DNA from: an uncultured Alphaproteobacteria bacterium
Lineage (GTDB): Bacteria > Pseudomonadota > Alphaproteobacteria > Micavibrionales > Micavibrionaceae
Direction: 5' to 3'
DNA length: 64,000 bases
Assembly (NCBI GenBank): GCA_900696495.1
Contig: CAADGI010000021.1
Span: forward strand, 43,614-107,613
In this document: in pieces, positions 1-8,228 of the stretch
Layout of the letters: each line of letters starts with the position of its first letter
Numbering within the stretch: the stretch's first letter is position 1
Notes under the pieces: model-generated
Seen by the model: the letters and a program-made list of their open reading frames with translations, nothing else
Databases searched by the model: none
Told to the model about the DNA's origin: nothing
Made by a program: the position numbers and the translations under genes

Positions 1-23
1 ACAAAAAACTGGGAGCGAAAAAT

Positions 24-338
24 ATGCCTGCACAATCTATCAAGAAACACGACATCGATGTGGAATATACCCCCGACGATAAAAGCTTCCATGTCCTGCG
101 CGATCTGAATGAAGTTTTTGTTGCCAGCGCGGACATGCTGAAAACGATCGGCGTACGCGTTCACCCGGACGCGATGTATGGTTTTGGCGAAAAGATTTTG
201 AAGCCTTCCTTCATCCGCGCCGCCTCCAAAACAGACGACTTGAAAACGATGATCGAACTGGCCCTCATTGACGTGGCAGGCCCTAAGGCCCGGGAAAACC
301 ACAAAACAGAATTTGACAGCCTCGTGGCAAGAGTTTAA
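24..338 (+). CDS. hypothetical protein (104 aa)
   Basis: ATG ORF with balanced non-repetitive composition; no family recognised. Confidence 0.4.
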   Translation: MPAQSIKKHDIDVEYTPDDKSFHVLRDLNEVFVASADMLKTIGVRVHPDAMYGFGEKILKPSFIRAASKTDDLKTMIELALIDVAGPKARENHKTEFDSLVARV

Positions 339-550
339 TAGATTAATTGTCACTTTTTAGTGACCGCGGCATTTGATGGACTCAGCTTGCACCGCGACAA
401 CAAAGCTAAAGCGCCACAGCTCCCGGACAATATGACATGGGCGCCGTGGTTCTCCAAGAACCCGGCGGGCGCGCATGCGTTTTTCACATCACTCCCGCAG
501 GATTTTTTAACCGCGCCCTCGGGCGCAGAACCTATGGGAGTAACCAGACC

Positions 551-853
551 ATGACTGAACAAACCAGGCCCAACATCCGGGCCGACTACGACGCAAGCGC
601 CTTCAGAATCCATATCGTTTCTGACAATAAACTGATCGAGGAAATTCCTGTTACCAGGATTTTGTTCCAGGCGGAGATTTCGGGTGTGCGCACCGGCCCG
701 CTCAGTGAATTTGCGGCCGGACCCCTGACGAGAGCATTGCAGAACTTTCCCCTTGATAAGGCGCTCACACAAGCGCTGGTCGAAGCGGAAGCCAGCCAGC
801 AAGGATACAGCATGCCCGTTTATACCGGCCCGGACGCACAGGCATATGAGTAA
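551..853 (+). CDS. hypothetical protein, copy A of a tandem paralogue pair (100 aa, start moved to MTEQ)
   Basis: ATG at 551 preceded by GGGAG at 536-540. The N-terminus MTEQ..P..RA.Y and about 47 nt of 5' leader recur exactly 350 bp downstream. Confidence 0.45.
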   Translation: MTEQTRPNIRADYDASAFRIHIVSDNKLIEEIPVTRILFQAEISGVRTGPLSEFAAGPLTRALQNFPLDKALTQALVEAEASQQGYSMPVYTGPDAQAYE

Positions 854-900
854 TTTTTAACCGCGCCCTCGTGCGCATAACCTATAGGAGTAAATTGACT

Positions 901-1368
901 ATGACTGAACAAAACAAACCCGTCGTTAGAGCCACCTATCGCCCTACCACGCATTCCATCGGGGTAAGGGTTAATTATCAGCAGGTCGCCGATATTCCGG
1001 TCGCGCACCTGACAGCCATAGGCGCGATTAAAGATGGAAGCGACCTGAACGAGATCAGGGGAGCGGCAAGCACGTTGCGACACGGCTTCAAAGCCGCTTA
1101 TAAAGACATTGATGCTGCCGCCATCGCGCAAGAATATTCAGGCTTAACCACCATTTCTTACGACGACTATAACAAGGAAGGCGGCCGCAACGCGCGCCAC
1201 ACTTTCGAGGACCCTTTCTCGGGAGTCAGCCTGAAAGACACATTCGCCCGGTTTAATGAGAGGGCAATCGCAAGGGTACTGCCGCAGCAGAAAGAATCCC
1301 GGCCTGCCCTGCCTCAGACTCAAATAGACCCCGTTGTTACCGGCGTCCTGACGGCTCACCTCCGCTAA
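901..1368 (+). CDS. hypothetical protein, copy B of the tandem paralogue pair (155 aa)
   Basis: ATG at 901 preceded by AGGAG at 886-890. Leader and N-terminus are paralogous to 504-565, and a terminator hairpin follows. Confidence 0.5.
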   Translation: MTEQNKPVVRATYRPTTHSIGVRVNYQQVADIPVAHLTAIGAIKDGSDLNEIRGAASTLRHGFKAAYKDIDAAAIAQEYSGLTTISYDDYNKEGGRNARHTFEDPFSGVSLKDTFARFNERAIARVLPQQKESRPALPQTQIDPVVTGVLTAHLR

Positions 1369-1383
1369 GCCTTCTCGAACGCC

Positions 1384-1416
1384 AAAAAGCCGCCCTCTGG
1401 ACGGGGCGGCTTTTTA
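1384..1416 (+). terminator. rho-independent terminator
   Basis: Stem GCCGCCC (1389-1395) pairs with GGGCGGC (1404-1410), followed by TTTTT, immediately after the 1368 stop. Confidence 0.6.
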
Positions 1417-1445
1417 TTTCTGCGCGACTCATTTAATATCGCGCC

Positions 1446-2465
1446 ATGAAACTCAACTTCCGCAATATTGAGTCCTTCCTCAAAAAACCGGACCCCGCCG
1501 CGCGCGTCATCCTCGTCTACGGCCCCGACAACGGCCTGATGCGCGAGCGCGCCAAAGCCCTCGCCCTCACCGTGGTGAAGGATTTCTCCGACCCCTTCAA
1601 CGTCGCCGTCCTCTCCACCGACATCCTCATCGACGACCCCGCCCGCCTCGCCGACGAAGCCGGCGCGATTTCCATGATGGGCGGCGACCGCGTCATCCGC
1701 GTGGAAGAAGCCGCCGACAAGCTCACCCCGCTCATCAAATCCTACCTCGCCAATCCCTCGCCCTCCTCCCTCGTCATTCTCGAGGCCGGCGAGCTGACGA
1801 CGAAATCATCCCTCCGCCGCCTGTGCGAAACCGCCGCCAACGCCGCCGCCATGCCCTGCTATGTCGAGGAGGAACGCGACCTCGCCCGCCTCATCCGCGA
1901 AACCATGCAATCGCATAATTTACAAATCGACAACGACGCCGTCGCCTGGCTCGCCGCCGGCATCTCGGGCGATCGGCTAAAGGCCCGCGGCGAACTTGAA
2001 AAACTCGCAACCTATAAAGGCGAGGAAAATTCACCCGTCTCTCTGGCCGACGCGCAGGCCGCCTGCGGCGAAAGCGGCGCCCGCTCGCTCGACGACCTCA
2101 TCTTCAGCGTCGGCAACAGGCAAAGCGAAAAATCGCTGCAGGTCTACACCCAGCTTCAGGAAGAAGGCGTGCCCTTCATCGTCGTCCTGCGCGCCCTGCA
2201 AAATCATTTCCGCCGCCTGCATCTCGTGAAAGCCGGAATGGACGGCGGCGACAATCCGCAAAGCGCCATGACCGGCCTTTCGCCGCCCGTCTTTTTCAAA
2301 TACGAAAACGCCTTCCGCGATCAGGTCAATACATGGTCGTTGAATGCGCTGGGCCGCGTCATGACCCGCCTCGCCGACGTCGAGGCCTCCTGCAAAAAAA
2401 CAGGCGCCCCGGTCGAAACCCTCTGCGCCCAGGCCGTTCTCGGCATTTCAGCAATGCGGGGATAA
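1446..2465 (+). CDS. holA: DNA polymerase III delta subunit
   Basis: 339 aa; N-terminal ILVYGPDNGL, overall HolA-like layout, and position next to parB as in other alphaproteobacteria. Confidence 0.75.
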   Translation: MKLNFRNIESFLKKPDPAARVILVYGPDNGLMRERAKALALTVVKDFSDPFNVAVLSTDILIDDPARLADEAGAISMMGGDRVIRVEEAADKLTPLIKSYLANPSPSSLVILEAGELTTKSSLRRLCETAANAAAMPCYVEEERDLARLIRETMQSHNLQIDNDAVAWLAAGISGDRLKARGELEKLATYKGEENSPVSLADAQAACGESGARSLDDLIFSVGNRQSEKSLQVYTQLQEEGVPFIVVLRALQNHFRRLHLVKAGMDGGDNPQSAMTGLSPPVFFKYENAFRDQVNTWSLNALGRVMTRLADVEASCKKTGAPVETLCAQAVLGISAMRG

Positions 2466-2474
2466 CCCCACGAC

Positions 2475-2630
2475 GTCATCCCGGCGCAAGCCGGGATCCA
2501 TTAAAATAATTTACCACAGCGATCACAGCGAATGCACAGGAGCCTGATACTCGAAACACGCTGTGATTTCGTCTGTGGCCGCTGTGGTAAATAAAATGGA
2601 TTGCTTCGTCGCTGCGCTCCTCGCAATGAC
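2475..2630. repeat. composite palindromic repeat element between convergent holA and parB
   Basis: Left end GTCATCCCGGCGCAAGCCGGGATCCA (itself a hairpin). Nested inverted repeats TTTACCACAGCG / CGCTGTGGTAAA. Right end TGGATTGCTTCGTCGCTGCGCTCCTCGCAATGAC. Confidence 0.8.
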
Positions 2631-2636
2631 GGAAAA

Positions 2637-3596
2637 CTAATCCGAAAGCGCAACCTTCGGAATTTTGCTCAACCTGTGAATCAGCTCATCCAGCTGGTCG
2701 AGCGATTTGAACTGCACGCGCAGCTTGCCCGATTTACCGTCGCGCGTCTCGATCCCGACCTTCATGCCGAGCAAATTCGACAGGTCGTTCTCGAGCGCGA
2801 TCGTATCGACATCCTTGCGCGCGGTATTAAGTTTCTTGCGCAGCGTGCCGCCCTTCTCCGCCGTCAGCGCTTCCGCCTGCCGTACGTTCAGGTTCTTGGT
2901 CACGATCTCGTCCGCCAGAACTTGCGGATTGCTCACCGTCACCAGCGCCCGCGCGTGACCGATCGTCAGCTTCCCTTCACGCAGGTAATCCTGCACACGC
3001 TCGGGCAAAGTCAGCAGACGCACCATGTTGGCGATATGGCTGCGGCTCTTGCCGAGCACCTTGGAAACCTCTTCCTGCGTGCGGTCGAATTCATTCATCA
3101 GGCGGCTGTAACCCATCGCTTCGTCGACGGGGTTGAGGTCCTCGCGCTGCAAATTTTCAACAAGCCCGACTTCCAGCGCCTGCGAATCGTCCAGCGTCGA
3201 GATGATCACCGGCACCTTGTACAAATTCGCCCTCTGCGATGCGCGCCAGCGGCGTTCGCCCGCGATGATTTCGTACTTGCCCGGCTCGCCCTTAAGCGCG
3301 CGCACCAGGATCGGCTGCAACAGCCCATGTTCCTTGATCGAATCCGCCAGCGTGTTCAGCGGCTCTTCCTCGAATGTCATCCGCGGTTGGAACGTACCGG
3401 GCTGAAGCTGGTCGATATCCAGTTCGACGCGGCCCGGCGCGTTGCTGCGCGGCGCAGGCGCGGCGGGCGCCGCGTCATCGTCATTCGCGCGCGGCGCGTT
3501 CTTCTGCTGCGCCAGCGGCTGGTAATCCTCTTCGTCGTCGTCGAACAACGCCGAAAGCCCGCGCCCCAAACCTCTTTTTGTTTCAGTCTTTGCCAT
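2637..3596 (-). CDS. parB: chromosome partitioning protein ParB
   Basis: 319 aa; ParB box IIAGERRWRAS, an HTH region, and position next to parA. Confidence 0.9.
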   Translation of the reverse strand: MAKTETKRGLGRGLSALFDDDEEDYQPLAQQKNAPRANDDDAAPAAPAPRSNAPGRVELDIDQLQPGTFQPRMTFEEEPLNTLADSIKEHGLLQPILVRALKGEPGKYEIIAGERRWRASQRANLYKVPVIISTLDDSQALEVGLVENLQREDLNPVDEAMGYSRLMNEFDRTQEEVSKVLGKSRSHIANMVRLLTLPERVQDYLREGKLTIGHARALVTVSNPQVLADEIVTKNLNVRQAEALTAEKGGTLRKKLNTARKDVDTIALENDLSNLLGMKVGIETRDGKSGKLRVQFKSLDQLDELIHRLSKIPKVALSD

Positions 3597-3626
3597 TTTT
3601 ATTTTCCTTCTAAAATTTTATTTTTC

Positions 3627-3709
3627 GTCATTGCGAGAGGCTCTTGCCGACGAAGCAATCCATTTTTCCTCAGCGGAGAACTGGATTGCTTCGCTTCGCT
3701 CGCAATGAC
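3627..3709. repeat. inverted pair of GTCATTGCGAG...GAAGCAATCCA repeat units in the parA-parB spacer
   Basis: 3627-3662 GTCATTGCGAGAGGCTCTTGCCGACGAAGCAATCCA and 3682-3709 TGGATTGCTTCGCTTCGCTCGCAATGAC share identical 11-nt termini in opposite orientation. Same family as 2597-2630. Confidence 0.8.
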
Positions 3710-3723
3710 GAGCCAAAAATTCC

Positions 3724-5136
3724 TTACGCCACTTGCGCTGAATCGTCGGCACCTTCATTGGCGGCGGCGATGCTGCGCTCGCGCAAAATCACTTCCTTCG
3801 CCAGCTTGATATAGGCCTGCGCCCCCGCGCATTTCATGTCGTAAACGATCGCGGGCAATCCGAACGACGGCGCTTCCGAAAGCCGGACGTTGCGCGGAAT
3901 GACCGTCTTGTAAACCTTGTCGCCGAAATGGCCGCGTACATCTTCCTCGACCTGCGCCGACAATTTATTTCTGAGGTCGAACATCGTGAGAATGATGCCG
4001 TGAATATCCAGGCCGGGATTGAACGATTTCTGCACGCGCTCGATCGTCTTTACAAGATGGCTCAATCCTTCCAGCGCATAAAACTCGCATTGCAGCGGCA
4101 CCAGGATCGAATCCGCCGCCACCAGCGCATTCAGCGTCAGGAGATTGAGCGACGGCGGGCAGTCGATAATCACATAGTCATAGGGCAGCGGGCGGTGCAG
4201 CGCTTTTTTCAATCTGAATTCGCGGTTGTCGGCGGTGACCAGTTCGATCTCCGCGCCCGACAAATGAATCGATGACGGGATGACCGACAAATTCGGAACG
4301 CGCGTGGTGACGGCGGCCTCGACCATGTCCGCGCCTTCGAACAGCACGTCATATACACTCGTGCGGATCGCGCTGCGGCGGATGCCGAGGCCCGTGCTCG
4401 CATTGCCCTGCGGATCCATGTCGATGATCGCGACGCTTTTGCCGATCGCCGCCAGCGCTGTCGCCAGGTTCACGGCCGTCGTCGTTTTGCCGACGCCGCC
4501 TTTCTGGTTGCAGATGCCGATCAGGCGCGGGCGCTGCTGCGCTCCCGTTTTTTCCGTCGGCGTTTTTCCGGTCAGCGGTTTCTTCGTATAGGTCTTCTGT
4601 CCCGCACCTGCCGCGCCCGTCTTCATCGACAGCGGCGCATCCTGTTTCGCTTCGGCGCGGAAAGTCTCTTCACCCTGCCCCGATGCTTCTTGCTTCGCGA
4701 GTCCTTGTCTTCCCCGCGAGGCGTCCGCTGAAACCCCTTGCCCCGCACGCTCTTCTTGCCTTCCCCGCTCCTCCTCTTGTCTTTCCCGTGCCTCCTCTTG
4801 TCTTCCCCGCGCAGGCGGGGATCCGGCATCTTCTTGTCTCGCGAACCCCTCTTGCTTTCCCCGCACAAACGGGGACCTTAAAACCTCATCCCGGTCCGAA
4901 CCCTCATACATCATCCGCTCCCGCGCGGCCTGGTCGAACGCCGTATTATCAACCTGCCCCTCCAAACCTCTCGCACTCGAAGCACCCTGGGAAGCACCCT
5001 CGGGAGCGCCCTGAGAAGCAGCAACCCCGCCCTCCACATACAATTTTCCATATTGTCCGTCATCCGGATTCCGGCTTTTCTCTGCTTTCGAAAGAAATTC
5101 TTTGAAGGAATATTTTTGAACTGGCTGGTCGCTCAT
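3724..5136 (-). CDS. parA: chromosome partitioning ATPase ParA with a long low-complexity N-terminal extension (start uncertain)
   Basis: C-terminal ~265 aa is canonical ParA/Soj (ICNQKGGVGKTTTAVNLA). MSDQ start at 5136 has GGGGAAG upstream. Alternative starts are 5187 and 4626 (MKTG), the last giving a normal-length ParA. Confidence 0.8.
   Translation of the reverse strand: MSDQPVQKYSFKEFLSKAEKSRNPDDGQYGKLYVEGGVAASQGAPEGASQGASSARGLEGQVDNTAFDQAARERMMYEGSDRDEVLRSPFVRGKQEGFARQEDAGSPPARGRQEEARERQEEERGRQEERAGQGVSADASRGRQGLAKQEASGQGEETFRAEAKQDAPLSMKTGAAGAGQKTYTKKPLTGKTPTEKTGAQQRPRLIGICNQKGGVGKTTTAVNLATALAAIGKSVAIIDMDPQGNASTGLGIRRSAIRTSVYDVLFEGADMVEAAVTTRVPNLSVIPSSIHLSGAEIELVTADNREFRLKKALHRPLPYDYVIIDCPPSLNLLTLNALVAADSILVPLQCEFYALEGLSHLVKTIERVQKSFNPGLDIHGIILTMFDLRNKLSAQVEEDVRGHFGDKVYKTVIPRNVRLSEAPSFGLPAIVYDMKCAGAQAYIKLAKEVILRERSIAAANEGADDSAQVA
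4800..4826. repeat. hairpin repeat unit GTCTTCCCCGCGCAGGCGGGGATCCGG inside the parA 5' extension
   Basis: Matches 9423-9449 at 23 of 27 positions and resembles 2475-2500. Degenerate CTCTTGTCTTCCCCG copies lie around it across 4680-4880. Confidence 0.65.
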
Positions 5137-5229
5137 TGGCTTCCCCACGTGACAGAATTTATATTTGTTATGGTCCCGATACTGCAACGGCTGGAATATA
5201 TCGTCAAGAAAATCTGAAAATTTTTTGAA

Positions 5230-5862
5230 CTAACCGCGGCGGGAAATTTCTAAAATCTTTGCGCCCTCTTCCGTCCGGCTCGGAAAATCCGCGTATTCGA
5301 AACTGAATTTCTTCCGCGCCTCCTCCACTTCCTCCAGCGCCATCCGGCCCTTTAAAAGCAGCAGCGGAACCCCCGGAATAGGCTGGGTCATCTCCAGAAT
5401 TTCGACCAGCGGCGCGAACGCCCGGGCGGTAATAATGTCCGGCCCGATAGACGCCAGAGCATTCTCCGCCCGGTCGTTATGAACCCGGACGACCGACTTT
5501 GTTTCACGTGAAACATTTTTCAGGAACTCGGATTTCCTCAAATCCGATTCGACCAGGTGCATTTCCAGATCGGGCCGCATAATCGCAAGAACCAGCCCCG
5601 GGAACCCGCCCCCGCTTCCCAGATCGGCGACTTTTGCGTTCCGGGGAATACGCTCCGCCAGTTGCGCCGAATCGGCGAAATGCCGCGCCCAGATATCGTC
5701 CAAAGTCCTGGGACTGACGATATTGATTGCCTTCTGCCATTTCACCAGAAGATCATGATAAGCCTGCAAACGCGAAATTGTTTCACGTGAAACACCGAAC
5801 GCCTTGGCGAATTCCTCAGGCGACATTTTTCTTCGGCTGGGCTCTTTTGCCCTTTTTGACAT
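5230..5862 (-). CDS. rsmG: 16S rRNA (guanine527-N7)-methyltransferase RsmG (GidB)
   Basis: SAM motif [12 protein letters not shown]-terminal VSRET..L..Y, and position between mnmG and parA. Start could be 5826 (MSPEEF). Confidence 0.85.
   Translation of the reverse strand: MSKRAKEPSRRKMSPEEFAKAFGVSRETISRLQAYHDLLVKWQKAINIVSPRTLDDIWARHFADSAQLAERIPRNAKVADLGSGGGFPGLVLAIMRPDLEMHLVESDLRKSEFLKNVSRETKSVVRVHNDRAENALASIGPDIITARAFAPLVEILEMTQPIPGVPLLLLKGRMALEEVEEARKKFSFEYADFPSRTEEGAKILEISRRG
5500..5515. repeat. perfect 16-bp palindrome TGTTTCACGTGAAACA (copy 1, in rsmG)
   Basis: Read directly; encodes VSRET in the rsmG frame. Confidence 0.95.
5779..5794. repeat. perfect 16-bp palindrome TGTTTCACGTGAAACA (copy 2, in rsmG 5' end)
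   Basis: Read directly. The 21-nt stretch GAAATTGTTTCACGTGAAACA is identical to copy 3. Confidence 0.95.
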
Positions 5863-7930
5863 GCTTCAGAAGCGCGACCATGGCCGCCGGGGTCACGCCG
5901 GGAATACGCGACGCCGCACCCAAAGTCGCCGGTTGCGCCTGCTGGAGTTTTTGACGGATCTCGTTGGAAAGGCTCCCCACCGCCCCGTAATCCAGATCTT
6001 CCGGAAGCTCCAAGGCCTCATCTTTCCTGAAGGCGATAATATCCGAATCGTGCCGTTCCATATATCCCGAATATAGCGCGTCATATTCCATCTGCTCCCG
6101 GATTTCCGGACGGATGGAATTCAGCTCCGGCCAGACCCCGGAGAGCTGGTCCCAGTCGATATCCGGGTAACCCAAAAGCGCCCCGGCCGAGCGGCGGACC
6201 CCATCTTTATTGACCCCGATCCCATAGTTTTCAAGTTCGTTGGGCGTGGCCCGCAAACCCGCCATAAGCGCCCGCGCCCGCTCCAACGCCTCCGACTTTT
6301 TACCCCAGGCGGCGACCCGGCCGGAACCGACAAACCCGGCCTCGATTCCCCTGCCCGTCAGGCGCTGGTCGGCATTGTCGGCCCGGAGCCGGAGACGGTA
6401 TTCCGCCCGGCTGGTGAACATCCGGTACGGCTCCGGCGCGCCCCTGGTAATAAGGTCGTCGACCAGAACCCCGATATAGGCCTCGGCCCGGTCCAGCGTG
6501 AACGGCGAAATTGTTTCACGTGAAACATCCGACCCCGCCCCGGCCGATTGGCGGGCGGCGTTAAGGCCGGCCATCAACCCCTGGGCGGCAGCCTCCTCAT
6601 ACCCCGTGGTCCCATTGATCTGGCCCGCCAGAAACAGCCCCGGCAACCGGCGGCTTTCCAAAGTCGGCCTCAGGTCGCGCGGATCGCAATAGTCATATTC
6701 AATAGCATATGCCCATTCCCTAATATTTACATATTCCAAACCGGGAATGGTCCGTATGTATGCCTCTTGTACCTCGATGGGCAGCGACGTCGAAATCCCG
6801 TTCGGGTAGACGGTATCATCATCCAGCCCTTCCGGCTCCAGAAAAACCTGGTGCCGCGACTTGTCGGCGAAGCGCGTCACCTTGTCCTCGATCGACGGAC
6901 AATAGCGCGGCCCCGTCCCCGAAATCTGACCGGAATACATGGCCGACCTGTGGATATTATCGCGGATAATTTTATGAGTGTTTTCGTTCGTGTAAGTGAT
7001 ATGGCAGGATATCTGCGGCACACGGATTTTATCGGTCATATAGGAAAACGGCACCGGCGGGTCGTCGCCTTTCTGCTCCTCGAGCGCCGCCCAGTTGATC
7101 GTAGAACCGTCCAGTCGGGCTGGCGTCCCGGTTTTGAGCCGCCCAAGCGGAAATCTAAATCTTTCAAGCGTTAAAGCCATACCGACAGCCGGGGCTTCCC
7201 CAACCCGACCAGCCGGAATCTTTTCCTGTCCGCGGTGGATGACACCCCTCAAAAAAGTGCCCGTTGTCAACACCACAGTCCCACATCTCATGGTACTAAT
7301 TATTTTACATAATGCTTCACCGGGGGCGGGCGGGTTAGGTTGGCCTGGGGGTGAGCCTGAGGGCGAGATAGAGGTGCGAATAGGGCTGCCAGCGCTGTGC
7401 ATAGCTGCGCCGGATTTACCCCCATCCTGTGCATAACTGCCGGGGCCCGCGGAATCGCTGGCGCTGGCACCCGGCGGCCTAGCGCCGGGGAGGGCGGTGA
7501 GAATAGCCGAAAGCCCCTGTACGCGCCCGTCCGCGCCGATCACGATATCTTCGGCGGAGCCTTCCAGAAGCGTCAGATTGGGGTAATCCGCCAGCATCGC
7601 CTGCATGGCGTTGCGGTATAATTTGCGGTCGGCCTGCGCCCGGGGGCCGCGTACGGCCGGGCCTTTCGAGGCATTCAGCATGCGGAACTGTATGCCCGCC
7701 TGGTCGATGATGCGGCCCATGACGCCGTCGAGCGCGTCGATCTCGCGCACCAGATGGCCCTTGCCAAGCCCGCCGATCGCCGGGTTGCAGGACATCGCGC
7801 CGATCGTGGCGAGCTTGTGGGTGAGGAGGGCGGTTTTCGCGCCCGCGCGCGCGGCCGCCGCCGCGGCCTCGCACCCCGCATGCCCGCCGCCCACGACAAT
7901 CACGTCAAAACTGAGCTTTTCCATGTCCAT
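5816..7930 (-). CDS. mnmG: tRNA uridine 5-carboxymethylaminomethyl modification enzyme MnmG (GidA), with an in-frame insertion
   Basis: FAD motif [22 protein letters not shown], and IEYDY. At 704 aa it is about 70-80 aa longer than the usual ~620-630 aa. Confidence 0.9.
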   Translation of the reverse strand: MDMEKLSFDVIVVGGGHAGCEAAAAAARAGAKTALLTHKLATIGAMSCNPAIGGLGKGHLVREIDALDGVMGRIIDQAGIQFRMLNASKGPAVRGPRAQADRKLYRNAMQAMLADYPNLTLLEGSAEDIVIGADGRVQGLSAILTALPGARPPGASASDSAGPGSYAQDGGKSGAAMHSAGSPIRTSISPSGSPPGQPNPPAPGEALCKIISTMRCGTVVLTTGTFLRGVIHRGQEKIPAGRVGEAPAVGMALTLERFRFPLGRLKTGTPARLDGSTINWAALEEQKGDDPPVPFSYMTDKIRVPQISCHITYTNENTHKIIRDNIHRSAMYSGQISGTGPRYCPSIEDKVTRFADKSRHQVFLEPEGLDDDTVYPNGISTSLPIEVQEAYIRTIPGLEYVNIREWAYAIEYDYCDPRDLRPTLESRRLPGLFLAGQINGTTGYEEAAAQGLMAGLNAARQSAGAGSDVSRETISPFTLDRAEAYIGVLVDDLITRGAPEPYRMFTSRAEYRLRLRADNADQRLTGRGIEAGFVGSGRVAAWGKKSEALERARALMAGLRATPNELENYGIGVNKDGVRRSAGALLGYPDIDWDQLSGVWPELNSIRPEIREQMEYDALYSGYMERHDSDIIAFRKDEALELPEDLDYGAVGSLSNEIRQKLQQAQPATLGAASRIPGVTPAAMVALLKHVKKGKRAQPKKNVA
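6512..6527. repeat. perfect 16-bp palindrome TGTTTCACGTGAAACA (copy 3, in mnmG)
   Basis: Read directly; encodes VSRET within [15 protein letters not shown]. Confidence 0.95.
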
Positions 7931-8228
7931 GGGGCGGTTTATACGCTCAAAACACGCAAGAATTCCAGAAATTTAATAAGGCTACAAAAAGGGCAATAAG
8001 GCGCCGACCGGATCGCCCATGATCCGCCAGAACGCATTTCGCGGGTGCGCATAATATTGCCCGGCGGCGAGGGAGGCGAGTCCGGCGATCCCGCCAATAC
8101 CGGCTTGAGCCTGAAAATGCTGATATTTGATGCTGGCTGGAGGGCACACGGATTTTTCTTGCACAAAGACATAATTCCTGCATAAATTGCCATAATTAAT
8201 AACATCATTATGAATAGAGGAGATCGCT

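Noticed and set aside
2601-3809. 402-aa plus-strand ORF covering parB and the repeats
   Set aside because: It is antisense to a canonical ParB and has the Arg/Leu/Gln-rich composition typical of GC-rich antisense frames. Its N-terminus (LRRCAPRNDG) is the translation of the palindromic repeat.
4680-4880. Possible CRISPR-like array from the repeated CTTGTCTTCCCCGCG units
   Set aside because: The units are short, degenerate and contiguous without unique spacers. They lie in an open reading frame, and no cas genes are present.
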